The notes: a model not told the origin generated them from the sequence alone. Positions 19,576 through 30,883 are shown, counted from the stretch's first letter. The stretch is DNA of 64,000 nt from Actinomycetota bacterium (GCA_016870575.1 VGBH01000002.1:20273-84272), one strand, 5' to 3'. Translations and numbers: made by a program.

Positions 19576-19592
19576 TTATATTCCCATCTCAA

Positions 19593-20744
19593 TTACTCAT
19601 CAATCTTACCTGCAAGAAAGTCTGTTGCGTGCTGCACTCGTTCTCTTAATGACTCTAAATCATCTCCGACTAAGTTGATGTGGCCAACTTTTCGATTTGG
19701 TTTTACTTGCTTGCCATAAAGGTGTATCTGCAATTCCGGGTCACGTGCTAGGCAATGCAGTAATCCTCGATGAAGATCTAAGTGAGATCCTCCCAAGATG
19801 TTTCCCATCACACAGTAAGTGGCTGTCATATTAGGCAAACCCAATGGCAGATCCAATACCGCACGCAAGTGATTCTCAAACTGTGATGTAATAGCACCAT
19901 CTTGTGTCCAATGGCCAGAATTATGTGGACGCATCGCCAATTCATTAATCAACAGAGGTCCATTACCAGTATCAAACAACTCAACTGCCATCACACCAAT
20001 TACATCTAATTCAGCTGCAATTTTTAGCGCAAGTTGTTGTGCCTCACTAGCTCTTTCAGGATTCAAATTTTGTGCAGGGGCAATTACTTGAACGCAAATA
20101 CCATCTTGTTGCACGGTTTCAACAATTGGATAACAAACTGCTTGGTTATGTGGAGAGCGCACAACTAGCGCTGAAAGCTCACGGATAAAAGAAATTTTTT
20201 CTTCGAGCAAAACGGGAAACTTCAACTCAGATAATTCTGCTTGGATTCTTACTTGCCAAACTCCCCTACCGTCATATCCCCCGGTTGGTGATTTTGCAAT
20301 AAATGGATATCCCACTTCATTGGCAAAATTTTCAGCATCTTGAAGATTCTCCGCATTCAACCATTGAGGTATTGGAGCGGAGATATCCGCTAAGCGCATT
20401 CTCATGGCGGATTTATTGGCAGCATAAATGTTTGCTTTTGGGTTGGGATAAACCACAACACCGTGCGAAACCAAATAATCTAGAGTTTCTTTTGGAACTA
20501 ACTCATGATCTAAGGTAATCACATCAACTGTTTGGCCAAATGCCAAAACTGACTTCAGATCAGTTAAATCACCAACTGTGGTATCAGCAACAAGCAATGC
20601 AGCACTTTCAGTATTTGAAGTTGCGTAAATCTTCACCTGAATACCAAGTTGACTTGCAGATTCTGCCATCATTCGAGATAACTGACCTGCACCTAAAATA
20701 CCCACAATCAAGGTGCCATATGGCAAGTCAGTTCTATTATGCAT
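19593..20744 (-). CDS. purK: N5-carboxyaminoimidazole ribonucleotide synthase
   Basis: 383-aa ATP-grasp protein lying upstream of purE, the conserved purK-purE arrangement. Confidence 0.85.
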   Translation of the reverse strand: MHNRTDLPYGTLIVGILGAGQLSRMMAESASQLGIQVKIYATSNTESAALLVADTTVGDLTDLKSVLAFGQTVDVITLDHELVPKETLDYLVSHGVVVYPNPKANIYAANKSAMRMRLADISAPIPQWLNAENLQDAENFANEVGYPFIAKSPTGGYDGRGVWQVRIQAELSELKFPVLLEEKISFIRELSALVVRSPHNQAVCYPIVETVQQDGICVQVIAPAQNLNPERASEAQQLALKIAAELDVIGVMAVELFDTGNGPLLINELAMRPHNSGHWTQDGAITSQFENHLRAVLDLPLGLPNMTATYCVMGNILGGSHLDLHRGLLHCLARDPELQIHLYGKQVKPNRKVGHINLVGDDLESLRERVQHATDFLAGKIDE

Positions 20745-21504
20745 TTTGAGGCCTTAAGTGGTTTACATCTCCTGCGTGAATTTCTAATTTACCAGTTGTC
20801 ATCTCAACTATTAATGCTCCTGCTGTAGTTAAGCCAATTGCTTTTCCAAGAATGCTCTCACCACTTACCAAATCTACTTTAACATCTTGGCCAATTGTAT
20901 CTATTTCTTTTATCATCCAGTCACGCATTTGAGCATCGGTGAAGCCTGAGCAGTACATCACCTGATCAAACACTGATTTCAAGACAGCTGCAAACGGTGG
21001 TAGATAATCAATCAATCCAAGATGTGTAGCTTGCGCAATGTCCGGCGCACTGAAGATATTTAAACCAATTCCAACTACTGCATTCTTACTCCCAAGTTCA
21101 ATCAAAATACCCGCAAACTTTTTCTGATTGAGGAAACAATCATTTGGCCACTTTATTAAAATTGAGGAATCTAAAAACTCAGTGAGCGCTTGTTTAATTG
21201 CAATCGCTGTGATTGCACTAAGCCAACTTGGAGATGGATGAAAAGATTCCAGCGGTACCGCAATTGAAGCTGCGATTGAGCCATTCGGTGTTTCCCAACT
21301 ACGCCCTTGCCTACCTCGACCAGATGTTTGATTTGTTGCAATACGAATCGACCAATCGCCAGCACTACCGGCTGCTAACTCTGCCAACAAGTCAGAATTT
21401 GTGGAATTCGAGATCTGATGCCATTTGAGATCTGCGAGGAGATGTGGGTATTGAGCCATTAAACCCATCAGTAGGGGGCGATCTGAACTGGATACCTCGG
21501 CCAC
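20737..21504 (-). CDS. birA: biotin--[acetyl-CoA-carboxylase] ligase (no N-terminal HTH)
   Basis: Carries the GRGRQGRSW biotin-ligase motif. The start is uncertain: the track TTG at 21585 would overlap the divergent pccB start, so I give GTG 21504 as a guess. Confidence 0.7.
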   Translation of the reverse strand: MAEVSSSDRPLLMGLMAQYPHLLADLKWHQISNSTNSDLLAELAAGSAGDWSIRIATNQTSGRGRQGRSWETPNGSIAASIAVPLESFHPSPSWLSAITAIAIKQALTEFLDSSILIKWPNDCFLNQKKFAGILIELGSKNAVVGIGLNIFSAPDIAQATHLGLIDYLPPFAAVLKSVFDQVMYCSGFTDAQMRDWMIKEIDTIGQDVKVDLVSGESILGKAIGLTTAGALIVEMTTGKLEIHAGDVNHLRPQNA

Positions 21505-21541
21505 GCGGTTAGAGTAGGAGTTGGGTATCCCAGGAGGGCAG

Positions 21542-23125
21542 ATGAACACCGCTGATTCACACAATCCCAGGTCAACCTCGGGCAAACTGGAGGAATTAGC
21601 AATCTTCCGCGATCACGCGCTGCATTCAGCAAGTGCTGCTGCAGTTGAGCGTCAGCACAAGCGGGGAAAGCAAACTGCCCGAGAGCGAATTGCGCAATTG
21701 ATAGATGAGGGTTCATTTGTCGAGCTAGATGAACTAGTTAGGCACCGTTCATCCAACTTTGGCCTAGATGAGGATCGACCATTCGGTGATGGCGTCGTTA
21801 CTGGTTACGGCACAATCGATGGCAGACCTGTTGCAATTTTTGCTCAAGATTTCACCATTTATGGTGGATCTTTAGGTGAAGCTATGGGTGAAAAGATTGT
21901 AAAAGTTATGGATTGGGCCATTAAAAATGGTTGTCCAATCATTGGAATTCAAGATAGCGGTGGTGCAAGAATTCAAGAAGGAGTTTCATCACTAGATCTA
22001 TATGGCGAAATTTTCTACCGAAACGTTTTAGCTTCTGGGGTAATTCCACAAATTTCATTAATTATGGGTCCTTGTGCAGGTGGCGCTGTTTATTCACCAG
22101 CACTAACTGATTTTGTGGTGATGGTCAATGAAACTTCGCATATGTTTATTACCGGCCCAGATGTGATTAAAACAGTAACTGGTGAAGACGTCGGTTTTGA
22201 AGAATTAGGTGGTGCGACAGCTCATACAACTAAATCTGGAGTTGCCCATTATGGCGCAAGTGATGAAGCAGATGCACTTAATTACGTTAAAGCCTTACTT
22301 TCATATCTACCAAGCAACAATTTAGATCGAGCTCCAAGTTTTAGTCAAAGTACAGACTTAGTAATCAGTGACACTGATATTGAGTTAGATTCACTTGTTC
22401 CAGATGAGTCAAATCAACCTTACGATATGTTCAAACTTATTGAAGCACTTGTCGATGATGAAGATTATTTGGAAATTCAACCAAACTTCGCCCCAAACAT
22501 CATCACTTGCTTTGGTCGAATAGATGGGCAGTCGGTAGGAATAGTGGCAAATCAACCAATGCAATTTGCTGGCACATTAGATATCAATGCCTCTGAAAAA
22601 GCAGCAAGGTTTGTTCGAACATGTGATGCTTTTAATATTCCGGTTATTAGCTTGGTAGATGTGCCAGGTTTTCTTCCTGGAACAAATCAAGAATGGGACG
22701 GAATCATCCGCCGAGGTGCAAAACTAATTTATGCATATGCTGAAGCAACAGTGCCGAAAGTAACACTAATAACTCGTAAGGCATATGGTGGTGCATATGT
22801 AGTTATGGGTGCTAAGAGTCTGCGTGCTGATATCAATTTTGCTTGGCCAACAGGTCAAATTGCAGTAATGGGAGCATCTGGAGCAGTAAGCATTATTCAT
22901 CGTAAGGAAATTGCTGAGGCAGAAGATAAAGAAGCAACCCGTAACCAATTACTCAGAGAGTATGAAGATACCTTGGATAACCCATATGTCGCAGCGGAAC
23001 GTGGCTATATTGACCGGGTAATTCTCCCTAGTGAAACGCGATTAGAAATTATAAAGGCATTGCGTGCGCTAAGAAATAAACGAGATCAAACTCCAATGCG
23101 CAAACATGGTAATATTCCACTATGA
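21542..23125 (+). CDS. pccB: acyl-CoA (propionyl-CoA) carboxylase carboxyltransferase beta subunit
   Basis: I prefer ATG 21542, which follows GGAGGG. The carboxyltransferase domains are recognisable (GSLGE..., [17 protein letters not shown]). Its position matches Mtb accD5. Confidence 0.9.
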   Translation: MNTADSHNPRSTSGKLEELAIFRDHALHSASAAAVERQHKRGKQTARERIAQLIDEGSFVELDELVRHRSSNFGLDEDRPFGDGVVTGYGTIDGRPVAIFAQDFTIYGGSLGEAMGEKIVKVMDWAIKNGCPIIGIQDSGGARIQEGVSSLDLYGEIFYRNVLASGVIPQISLIMGPCAGGAVYSPALTDFVVMVNETSHMFITGPDVIKTVTGEDVGFEELGGATAHTTKSGVAHYGASDEADALNYVKALLSYLPSNNLDRAPSFSQSTDLVISDTDIELDSLVPDESNQPYDMFKLIEALVDDEDYLEIQPNFAPNIITCFGRIDGQSVGIVANQPMQFAGTLDINASEKAARFVRTCDAFNIPVISLVDVPGFLPGTNQEWDGIIRRGAKLIYAYAEATVPKVTLITRKAYGGAYVVMGAKSLRADINFAWPTGQIAVMGASGAVSIIHRKEIAEAEDKEATRNQLLREYEDTLDNPYVAAERGYIDRVILPSETRLEIIKALRALRNKRDQTPMRKHGNIPL

Positions 23126-23310
23126 AGGATTTAAACATAAAAATCCTCTCTGGTTCAGCAACCGCTGATGAAGTAGCTGCTGTTGTTGCGGTGATTTCAG
23201 CGATTAGCTCAGCATCATCTACGAAAGATGTTCTTCCAGCAAATAGTTGGTCGAATCCAGCAGCACTACACCGTAAACAATTACCAACTAAATGGTCTCA
23301 TACATTCTAA
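23122..23310 (+). CDS. acyl-CoA carboxylase epsilon subunit-like small protein
   Basis: 62 aa, with a start that overlaps the pccB stop (ATGA). [23 protein letters not shown]...W...W fits my recollection of the ACC-epsilon pattern (GNPTxEELAALxAV ... W). Its position equals Mtb accE5. Confidence 0.55.
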   Translation: MKDLNIKILSGSATADEVAAVVAVISAISSASSTKDVLPANSWSNPAALHRKQLPTKWSHTF

Positions 23311-23322
23311 ATTAGGTAACAA

Positions 23323-23934
23323 GTGAAATTAATTTTGGCATCAGCATCTCCAGCACGCGCAATGTTAATGAAAAATGCTGGTTTAGAATTTGAAGTTAAA
23401 GTGTCAGGTGTTGATGAGGAACGTTTACAATCTGAATTTGCTCATCTGGCACCAGTGGATCTTGTCGTGCACTTAGCCGAGGCAAAGGCTGCAGCTGTGG
23501 CAAATCAGGTTACAGATTCTTTAGTTATTGCAGCAGATTCGATGTTTTTATTTGATGGTCAACTTTATGGTAAGCCTTTATCTAAAGATATAGCTAAAAA
23601 CAGACTCACCAAAATGCAGGGCAAATTCGGTGAATTGATAACTGGGCATGCCGTAATTGATACAAAAACGATGCAATGCAAAAGTGCAGCAGCATCTGCA
23701 GTTGTTCAATTTTGCGAGATGACAAATCAAGAAATTGATGCATATGTAAACAGCGGTGAACCACTAAATGTTGCGGGTAACTTCACCCTTGATGGGCTTG
23801 GTTCTGCCTTTGTTCAACACGTTAGTGGAGATCCAGCATCGGTGGTTGGGCTGTCATTAGTAACGTTGAGAACGTTGATAAATCAGCTCGGATACGAATA
23901 CACCAGCCTTTGGAAACTCAGCAGTAACAATTAG
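23323..23934 (+). CDS. maf: Maf-like nucleoside triphosphate pyrophosphatase
   Basis: 203 aa with a GTG start and an ILASASPAR N-terminus typical of Maf. Confidence 0.85.
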   Translation: MKLILASASPARAMLMKNAGLEFEVKVSGVDEERLQSEFAHLAPVDLVVHLAEAKAAAVANQVTDSLVIAADSMFLFDGQLYGKPLSKDIAKNRLTKMQGKFGELITGHAVIDTKTMQCKSAAASAVVQFCEMTNQEIDAYVNSGEPLNVAGNFTLDGLGSAFVQHVSGDPASVVGLSLVTLRTLINQLGYEYTSLWKLSSNN

Positions 23935-23963
23935 GGTTTTAGTCTTCGGGAAAGAAAGGTTGA

Positions 23964-25718
23964 ATGGCAAAGCGAATCACAAAACTATTGATCGCGAACC
24001 GTGGTGAGATTGCGGTTCGCGTGATTCGTGCTTGTCAAGATGCAGGTATAAAAACAGTTGCAATTAATTCCGATGGAGATCGGAATAGTTTGCATGTGAA
24101 ATGTGCTGACGAAGCCTACGCATTAAAGGGAAAGTCTGCTAAGGAAACTTATTTAGATATCGCTAAAGTAATAGAAATCGCTAGATCAGCAAATGTTGAT
24201 GCAATTCATCCTGGATATGGATTTCTATCTGAGAATGATCAGTTCGCCCAAGCAGTAATTGATGCCGGGATAATTTGGGTTGGTCCACCACCAGCTGCAA
24301 TAAATGCGCTCGGGGATAAAGTAAAAGCGCGACATATCGCACAAAAAGTTGGTGCGCCATTGGTTCCTGGAACTGCTAATCCGGTTCAAAGCTCGGATGA
24401 AGTTGTCGAGTTTGCGAAAAAACACGGTTTACCAATTGCAATCAAGGCCGCTTATGGTGGTGGTGGCCGAGGGATGAAAGTTGCTCGAACAATCGAAGAG
24501 ATTCCTGAATTGTTTGATTCAGCCGTCAGGGAAGCAGTAGCAGCTTTTGGCCGAGGTGAATGTTTTGTTGAGCGGTATTTAGATAAACCAAGGCACGTTG
24601 AAACTCAAGTATTGGCAGACAATTATGGAAATGTGGTTGTCATCTCAACTAGAGATTGCTCTTTGCAGCGAAGGCATCAAAAACTAGTTGAAGAAGCTCC
24701 TGCACCTTTCTTAACTCAAATACAAATTGATCAACTTTATGCAGCCAGTAAAGCGATTATGCTAGAGGCTGGATATCAAAATGCCGGAACTTGTGAATTT
24801 TTAATTGGACAAGATGGCACGATTTCGTTTCTAGAAGTAAACACCAGACTTCAAGTTGAGCATCCAGTATCTGAAGAAGTAACAGGAATTGATTTAGTAC
24901 TTGAGCAGTTACGAATAGCTCAAGGTGAAAAGATTGAGTATTCCGACCCAGAACCAAAGGGTCACAGCATTGAATTTCGCATTAATGGCGAAGATCCTGG
25001 GCGAGGTTTTCTGCCTGCACCTGGAAAGCTAACTTCTTGGCAGGTCCCATCGGGGCCAGGTATTCGAATGGATTCAGGTTTCCGCGAAGGTGACAGTATT
25101 AGTGGAGATTTTGATTCATTGCTTGGAAAACTAATTGTTACTGGAGCTAATCGGGAGCAAGCTCTTGCTCGTGCCCGTAGGGCTTTATCTGAGATGAAAG
25201 TTGCTGGAATACCCACCGCACTTACTTTTCATCAAGTAGTTGTTAACGAACCAGATTTCACTGCAGAAAGTGGATTTAAAGTTCATACCAGATGGATAGA
25301 AACTGAGTTTAAAAATGAAATTCCTCCGCAAGACATTGTTAACTTAGCTGATGATGACTTTTCTATGGATAACCCACTTGTGGTTGAAGTAAACGGTAAA
25401 AGAATTGAAGTTGCCTTACCAAAGCAGTTAGCTATTGGAAATCAAAAGAGTGCAAGTAAAAAGACTGTTAGAAAACGAGGAAACTTATCAGCTGCTGCAA
25501 CTGGTAATGCAATTGTTGCGCCAATGCAAGGAACAATTGTTAAAGTAGCAGTTGAAATTGGTGCAGTAGTTGCTGCTGGTGACCTGGTAATGGTTATTGA
25601 AGCTATGAAAATGGAACAACCACTAACCGCTCATAAGTCAGGAACAATTACCAGCATTAGCGCAGAGATCGGCATCACCGTTCAATCCGGTATGGTGTTA
25701 TGTGAGATTAGCGATTAG
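23964..25718 (+). CDS. accA: acetyl/propionyl-CoA carboxylase alpha subunit (biotin carboxylase + BCCP)
   Basis: 584 aa with a biotin-carboxylase ATP-grasp N-terminus and the C-terminal biotinylation motif VIEAMKMEQ. Confidence 0.9.
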   Translation: MAKRITKLLIANRGEIAVRVIRACQDAGIKTVAINSDGDRNSLHVKCADEAYALKGKSAKETYLDIAKVIEIARSANVDAIHPGYGFLSENDQFAQAVIDAGIIWVGPPPAAINALGDKVKARHIAQKVGAPLVPGTANPVQSSDEVVEFAKKHGLPIAIKAAYGGGGRGMKVARTIEEIPELFDSAVREAVAAFGRGECFVERYLDKPRHVETQVLADNYGNVVVISTRDCSLQRRHQKLVEEAPAPFLTQIQIDQLYAASKAIMLEAGYQNAGTCEFLIGQDGTISFLEVNTRLQVEHPVSEEVTGIDLVLEQLRIAQGEKIEYSDPEPKGHSIEFRINGEDPGRGFLPAPGKLTSWQVPSGPGIRMDSGFREGDSISGDFDSLLGKLIVTGANREQALARARRALSEMKVAGIPTALTFHQVVVNEPDFTAESGFKVHTRWIETEFKNEIPPQDIVNLADDDFSMDNPLVVEVNGKRIEVALPKQLAIGNQKSASKKTVRKRGNLSAAATGNAIVAPMQGTIVKVAVEIGAVVAAGDLVMVIEAMKMEQPLTAHKSGTITSISAEIGITVQSGMVLCEISD

Positions 25719-26019
25719 AACGCTGCATCAAGCGCCCAACAATATTTAAACCAACAAAAGCAACTAATAACTTTACTGGTGCAGCAGCACTACTAGACAG
25801 GCCATTGATAACTGCAGGGGTAGTCAAAACTACGGCAAATAGCAGTGCCTTTCTGCTGCTTGCTGCCATTTCACCCCAGAGCAAACCAAACACACTTGCA
25901 ATCATCAAGACATAAGCAAATTCAACGCCTGTTTCCTCTGCATTGTTCTGTGTATCAAGCCAGGCAATAAAGATTGAAGAAATTAGCATTGCCACAAACA
26001 AAATAATACTTCGTTTCAT
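25708..26019 (-). CDS. small integral membrane protein, unknown function
   Basis: 103 aa with three hydrophobic segments. It starts 2 nt after the lpdA-like stop. Confidence 0.4.
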   Translation of the reverse strand: MKRSIILFVAMLISSIFIAWLDTQNNAEETGVEFAYVLMIASVFGLLWGEMAASSRKALLFAVVLTTPAVINGLSSSAAAPVKLLVAFVGLNIVGRLMQRSNR

Positions 26020-26021
26020 AA

Positions 26022-27410
26022 TTACTCCGATCCTGGATTGACTCGATGCAGTCTACGGGCTGCTTCAGCAATTGAACCCGTAAGACTTGGATATACCGTA
26101 AAAGTGTGCGCAAGTTGATCTGCTGTTAATCGCTGCTCAACGGCAATTGCAATTGGATATATAAGTTCACTGGCATTTCGCGCAACTACCACTCCGCCCA
26201 ATATCGCACCTGAATTTGAGGAGCTAAACAATTTAACAAATCCGTCCGACTGGCCCTGCATTTTCGCTCTAGCATTTCCAGCGAGTGAAAGCATCATTAC
26301 GCGTGCCGAAACTTCACCAGCATCAACTTGGCACTGAGTGACACCAACTGAGGCTATTTCAGGATCGGTAAATACATTGCTACTTACGCTTTGTAATTCA
26401 AGAGGTGAGACTTTATCTCCTAATGCGTGATACATCGCAATTCGACCTTGCATTGCTGCTACTGATGCTAATGGCAAAATCCCGGTACAATCTCCTGCCG
26501 CATAAACATTTCTAACTGTTGTGCGTGAAACTCGATCAACTTCAATATGGCTGTTTGTATCTAATTTAACCCCTAACAAATCCAGACCTAAATTCTCAGT
26601 GTTTGGAATTGATCCAATAGCAACCAATGCGTGACTTCCACTTATTACTTCACCACTTGCTAGCTCTACCTCAACAATATTTCCAAGATTGCGAGCACTT
26701 TTTGCTCGCGCGTTGTTAATTACTTGCATACCTCGTCTGGCAAACACTTTTTCTAATACTTTTGCAGCTTCAGGATCTTCATTTGGAAGTACTCGGTCAC
26801 GCGATGAAATCAGAACTACCTCACTGCCTAATGCATTGTAGGCAGATGCAAACTCAGCACCGGTAACACCAGAACCGATTACAATCAACTTTTCTGGCAA
26901 TTCTGCCAAGTCATATAGTTGTTGCCAATCTAAAATACGGATTCCATCTGGCTGCAAATCAGTCATTAATCTTGGCCGAGCGCCAGTTGCTAGCAGTAAA
27001 ACATCGTAAGAAATTTCTTTGCCTTCAACTGCCACCACTCCTGGCGAAACTATCTTTGCTCGCCCAGTAACAATCTGAATCTTTTCACTAATTAATCGAT
27101 CAGAAATGTCTGCACTTTGTATTTGAGCAAGCGATTTAATTCTTTTATTTATCTGATTTAAGTCTGAACTAACATGCTCGGCACTAGCAGTTTTTCCAGT
27201 TAACACAACACCAAGTTCACCTGATTCGGATGCAGTGGTGATAGCTTCTGCGGTAGCAATCAATGTCTTTGATGGCACACAGTCAGTAAGCACGGTTGCC
27301 CCACCCATTGCAGATTCACTAACAACTTGCACATCAGCATCTAGCTGTGCGGCAACTAAAGCTGCCTCATACCCACCTGGGCCGCCGCCAATTATTAATA
27401 CTCTCGTCAC
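26022..27410 (-). CDS. lpdA: pyridine nucleotide-disulfide oxidoreductase, LpdA-like (probable NAD(P)H quinone reductase, not a true lipoamide dehydrogenase)
   Basis: 462 aa with the FAD motif IIGGGPGGYEAA. The redox-disulfide region reads GGATVLTDCVPSK, so the first Cys of the CxxxxC pair is Thr. The C-terminal His-Glu region reads VYPSLTGSIAEA, with no His. Confidence 0.8.
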   Translation of the reverse strand: MTRVLIIGGGPGGYEAALVAAQLDADVQVVSESAMGGATVLTDCVPSKTLIATAEAITTASESGELGVVLTGKTASAEHVSSDLNQINKRIKSLAQIQSADISDRLISEKIQIVTGRAKIVSPGVVAVEGKEISYDVLLLATGARPRLMTDLQPDGIRILDWQQLYDLAELPEKLIVIGSGVTGAEFASAYNALGSEVVLISSRDRVLPNEDPEAAKVLEKVFARRGMQVINNARAKSARNLGNIVEVELASGEVISGSHALVAIGSIPNTENLGLDLLGVKLDTNSHIEVDRVSRTTVRNVYAAGDCTGILPLASVAAMQGRIAMYHALGDKVSPLELQSVSSNVFTDPEIASVGVTQCQVDAGEVSARVMMLSLAGNARAKMQGQSDGFVKLFSSSNSGAILGGVVVARNASELIYPIAIAVEQRLTADQLAHTFTVYPSLTGSIAEAARRLHRVNPGSE

Positions 27411-27468
27411 GGGTGGGATTGTGGCAGAGGCTTGGCTTAACCCTGCGCGTTACGACTAATCTCGCCCT

Positions 27469-28272
27469 ATGAGCTCTGAAAATGACCCATATCTAGCCGC
27501 CTCAGCAGCCGCGCGGGTGCTCGCTAAAGAAACTGGAGTTGTTCACCACGATGTTTTGATAGTGCTTGGATCGGGCTGGACGCCAGCAGCCGATGAATTC
27601 GGAGCACCCACTGCAGAGATCACCGTTACAAACTTACCTGGCTTTAGTGCTCCTGCTGTTGCAGGTCATGCTGGGAAACTGCGTTCAGTTCGGGTCGGTT
27701 CATTAAATGTTTTGCTGCAACTTGGACGAACACACTTTTATGAAAAGAATGACGCGCAAGCAGTAGTGCATGCGGTTCGAACAGCAATTGCCTCAGGTGT
27801 AAAAGCCGTAATTCTGACTAATGCAGCAGGATCTTTGCACAGCGAATGGATACCTGGGACTCCCGTTTTGATAAAGGATCAAATTAACTTAACTGGTGGC
27901 ACGCCACTTGTTGGTGCTCGCTTTGTGGATGTTACTGAAATTTACTCAAAGCGGCTAAGAGATCTTGCTCGAACGATTAAGCCTGACTTACCTGAAGGTG
28001 TTTACACTGCTTTTCATGGCCCTCAATATGAAACACCAGCCGAAATAAGAATGGTGAAGGCTATTGGCGGTGACTTAGTTGGAATGTCAACTGCACTTGA
28101 AGCAATTTCTGCCAGAGAAGGTAATGCTGAAGTGCTTGGCATCTCACTAGTTACTAATCTCGCAGCTGGTATGACGGGCGAAAAATTAAATCACGAAGAC
28201 GTGCTAGCTGCAGGTAGGCAAGCTGCAAGCACAATGGGTAAATTGTTAGTTGAGGTTGTCAGTAAGTTATGA
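27469..28272 (+). CDS. punA: purine nucleoside phosphorylase (trimeric PNP-I family)
   Basis: 267 aa with LGSGW, GRTHFYE and VGMSTALEAI motifs. Confidence 0.85.
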   Translation: MSSENDPYLAASAAARVLAKETGVVHHDVLIVLGSGWTPAADEFGAPTAEITVTNLPGFSAPAVAGHAGKLRSVRVGSLNVLLQLGRTHFYEKNDAQAVVHAVRTAIASGVKAVILTNAAGSLHSEWIPGTPVLIKDQINLTGGTPLVGARFVDVTEIYSKRLRDLARTIKPDLPEGVYTAFHGPQYETPAEIRMVKAIGGDLVGMSTALEAISAREGNAEVLGISLVTNLAAGMTGEKLNHEDVLAAGRQAASTMGKLLVEVVSKL

Positions 28273-29918
28273 CAGATGTTGAGCAGTTAATTGAAACTGC
28301 AAATCTCTGGATTGCACAGGATTTTGATCCAACAACTATTTCAGAATTAAATGATCTAATTAGTAAAGCTAAAAATGACAGCGCTGCTCTTGCAGAATTA
28401 AATAGTAGATTTTCCGGTGCACTCAAATTCGGAACTGCTGGGCTTCGGGCGCAAGTTGCAGCTGGTGAAAGTCGAATGAATCGAGCAACCGTTGCCAAGG
28501 CAGCTTGGGGCGTCACAAAATGGATTGAGCACTCAGGTGGTAAAAAGTTAGTAATAGGTAATGATGCCCGAACTGGATCTAAAGAATTCGCACTTGATTC
28601 ATGTCAGATAGCAGCTGCGTTAGGACTTGATGTCGTTTTATTAGCAGCACCAGTACCTACACCAGTGCTTGCTTATGGTTTATTAGAGTTAAATGCTGAT
28701 GCAGCGGTAATGGTTACTGCATCACACAATCCCGCACAAGATAACGGTTATAAAGTTTATGATCAAACTGGCTCACAAATAGTCAGCCCAACAGATCATG
28801 AGATCGCTGAACTAATTAAATCAGCCCCAAAGGCAAAAGATATTGATAGAACGGGGAGATTCAAGACCATTGAAATGGTTAAGAGTTACGTTGATTACGT
28901 AGCTTCAAATTCAATTAAATTCCTTGACAAAGATATTGCAATTGCCTACACCGCTCTTCATGGTGTTGGTTCGATAACCTTTAATGAACTTATGCAAAAA
29001 ACTGGTTACACGAAAATTTATGAAGTTTATGAACAACAAATTCCTGATCCAAATTTTTCGACGGTAAAATTTCCAAATCCAGAAGAGCCTGGTGCAATGG
29101 ACTTACTACTTGATTTGGCAGTCAAATCAAAAGCAGAAATTGCCATCGCCAACGATCCAGACGCAGACCGAACGGCAATAGCATTGCCAAGAAATGGTAC
29201 TTGGCAAGTTTTATCTGGAGATGAGCTGGGAACACTGCTTGCTTGGTGGGTAATTGAGCGCAGAAAATTAGAAAATAAACCAGTAAGGGGTGCAATGGCA
29301 GCATCTATTGTTTCTGGATCAATGATAAAGCGAATTGCGCTCGCAAATGATTTAGATTTTTTCTTTACGTTAACTGGGTTTAAGTATGTAAGTCGTATTC
29401 CTAATCTAATTTTTGGTTATGAGGAGGCAATTGGTTATTGCGTTTTACCTGAAAAAGTTAAAGATAAAGATGGTATATCAGCAGCATTGTTTGCGATTGA
29501 ATTAGTGAACTATCTAAAGAGTCAAAATAAAACAGCTTTTGATAAACTAGATGAACTTTATCGCGAGTTAAGTTTGGTACTAACAAAACAAATTACACTT
29601 CGGATGAAAAGTTCAACTGAAGTTAATCAACGACTTGAAAAGATTTCTCTTCATCTGCCAAAGAAACTTGGGCAAATGGAAATTAGCAGTTTGGAGAATT
29701 TCGGGGATGGCATTGATGGATTACCAAAAACCTCTGGCATCCGATTACGGTTTCCCAATGGCCGAGTCATTATTCGCCCAAGCGGTACCGAGCCAAAACT
29801 CAAATGCTATTTAGAAGTGTATGCCGAACCTGGATCAGATTTAGAAGTCCAAAAACAAGCTCTCAACCTACAACTGAGCCAACTGAGTGATGACCTAACT
29901 GCGTTGTTTAACTATTAA
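28269..29918 (+). CDS. alpha-D-phosphohexomutase family protein (PGM2/PmmB-like; phosphopentomutase role inferred from context)
   Basis: 549 aa with the active-site loop TASHNPAQDNGYKVY. It overlaps punA by ATGA. Confidence 0.8.
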   Translation: MTDVEQLIETANLWIAQDFDPTTISELNDLISKAKNDSAALAELNSRFSGALKFGTAGLRAQVAAGESRMNRATVAKAAWGVTKWIEHSGGKKLVIGNDARTGSKEFALDSCQIAAALGLDVVLLAAPVPTPVLAYGLLELNADAAVMVTASHNPAQDNGYKVYDQTGSQIVSPTDHEIAELIKSAPKAKDIDRTGRFKTIEMVKSYVDYVASNSIKFLDKDIAIAYTALHGVGSITFNELMQKTGYTKIYEVYEQQIPDPNFSTVKFPNPEEPGAMDLLLDLAVKSKAEIAIANDPDADRTAIALPRNGTWQVLSGDELGTLLAWWVIERRKLENKPVRGAMAASIVSGSMIKRIALANDLDFFFTLTGFKYVSRIPNLIFGYEEAIGYCVLPEKVKDKDGISAALFAIELVNYLKSQNKTAFDKLDELYRELSLVLTKQITLRMKSSTEVNQRLEKISLHLPKKLGQMEISSLENFGDGIDGLPKTSGIRLRFPNGRVIIRPSGTEPKLKCYLEVYAEPGSDLEVQKQALNLQLSQLSDDLTALFNY

Positions 29919-29965
29919 GTTAGAGTGCTAAGTTTTGACTATTCAATTCCAAACTGGAGATTGTT

Positions 29966-30883
29966 ATGGCAATTGCAGTGGTAGGCAGTACTAACATCGA
30001 TATGGTGGCGTATGCAAAAGTACTTCCAGAATCTGGCGAAACAGTTAAGGGCGAAGACTTCATCCTTGGATTTGGCGGTAAAGGGGCAAATCAAGCAGTA
30101 ATAACTGCCAGATTTGGCGTGAATGTCTATATGGTTAACTCAATTGGTGATGATGTATTTGGCGAAACGACACTTTCTAATTTTGCGAAGGAAAATGTAA
30201 ATACGCAGTATGTTTCTAGAGTTTCTGGTCCATCTGGGGTTGCACCAATTTGGGTAGATGGTGAAGGCAACAATCGAATCATTGTAGTTCCAGGTGCAAA
30301 TGGCAAAATGACTAGCGAGCAAGTTGAAGCTGCGCTTAACTCAATTGAAGATTTAGAAGCAGTGATTGGACAATTTGAGATTCCAACTCAAGTTACTGCG
30401 GCCGCATTTAAAGTCGCAAAAGCAAAGGGAGCTTTGACTATCTTCAATCCAGCTCCATTTGAGCCAATTCCAGATAATCTCTTGCAAAACTGTGATTGGA
30501 TAATTCCAAACGAATCAGAATTTGCTGGGTTACATCCAACTGGTAAGAAACCTATAGGTGATAGTGAGATACTAGAATTAGCTAGCTATTTGAAAGTAAA
30601 TCTATGTGTGACTTTGGGTGCGTCTGGAGCTGCATTGGTCATCGATGGAAAATTACATCGAGTTGCTGCACCAATAGCGAAAGCCGTTGACACTACAGGA
30701 GCTGGGGATTGCTTTGTTGGAACATTCACATTTGGGCTGATCTCTGGATTAAATCCAATTCAAGCTGCAGAACTTGGCACTAAAGCCGCGTCGCTTAGCG
30801 TTACTAGACTTGGCACTATGGCGTCTTATCCAAATACAACAGAGGCACAAGAAATGCTTAATATTGTAATGTCTGGTTCTTGA
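29966..30883 (+). CDS. rbsK: ribokinase
   Basis: 305 aa with VVGSTNIDMV, GGKGANQAV and DTTGAGDCFVG. Confidence 0.8.
   Translation: MAIAVVGSTNIDMVAYAKVLPESGETVKGEDFILGFGGKGANQAVITARFGVNVYMVNSIGDDVFGETTLSNFAKENVNTQYVSRVSGPSGVAPIWVDGEGNNRIIVVPGANGKMTSEQVEAALNSIEDLEAVIGQFEIPTQVTAAAFKVAKAKGALTIFNPAPFEPIPDNLLQNCDWIIPNESEFAGLHPTGKKPIGDSEILELASYLKVNLCVTLGASGAALVIDGKLHRVAAPIAKAVDTTGAGDCFVGTFTFGLISGLNPIQAAELGTKAASLSVTRLGTMASYPNTTEAQEMLNIVMSGS

Noticed and set aside
21505-21585. ORF-track start (TTG 21585) for birA, which adds about 27 N-terminal residues.
   Set aside because: It would overlap the divergent pccB coding start (21542) and has no ribosome-binding site. The extension has no HTH or biotin-ligase features. 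The true start remains uncertain.
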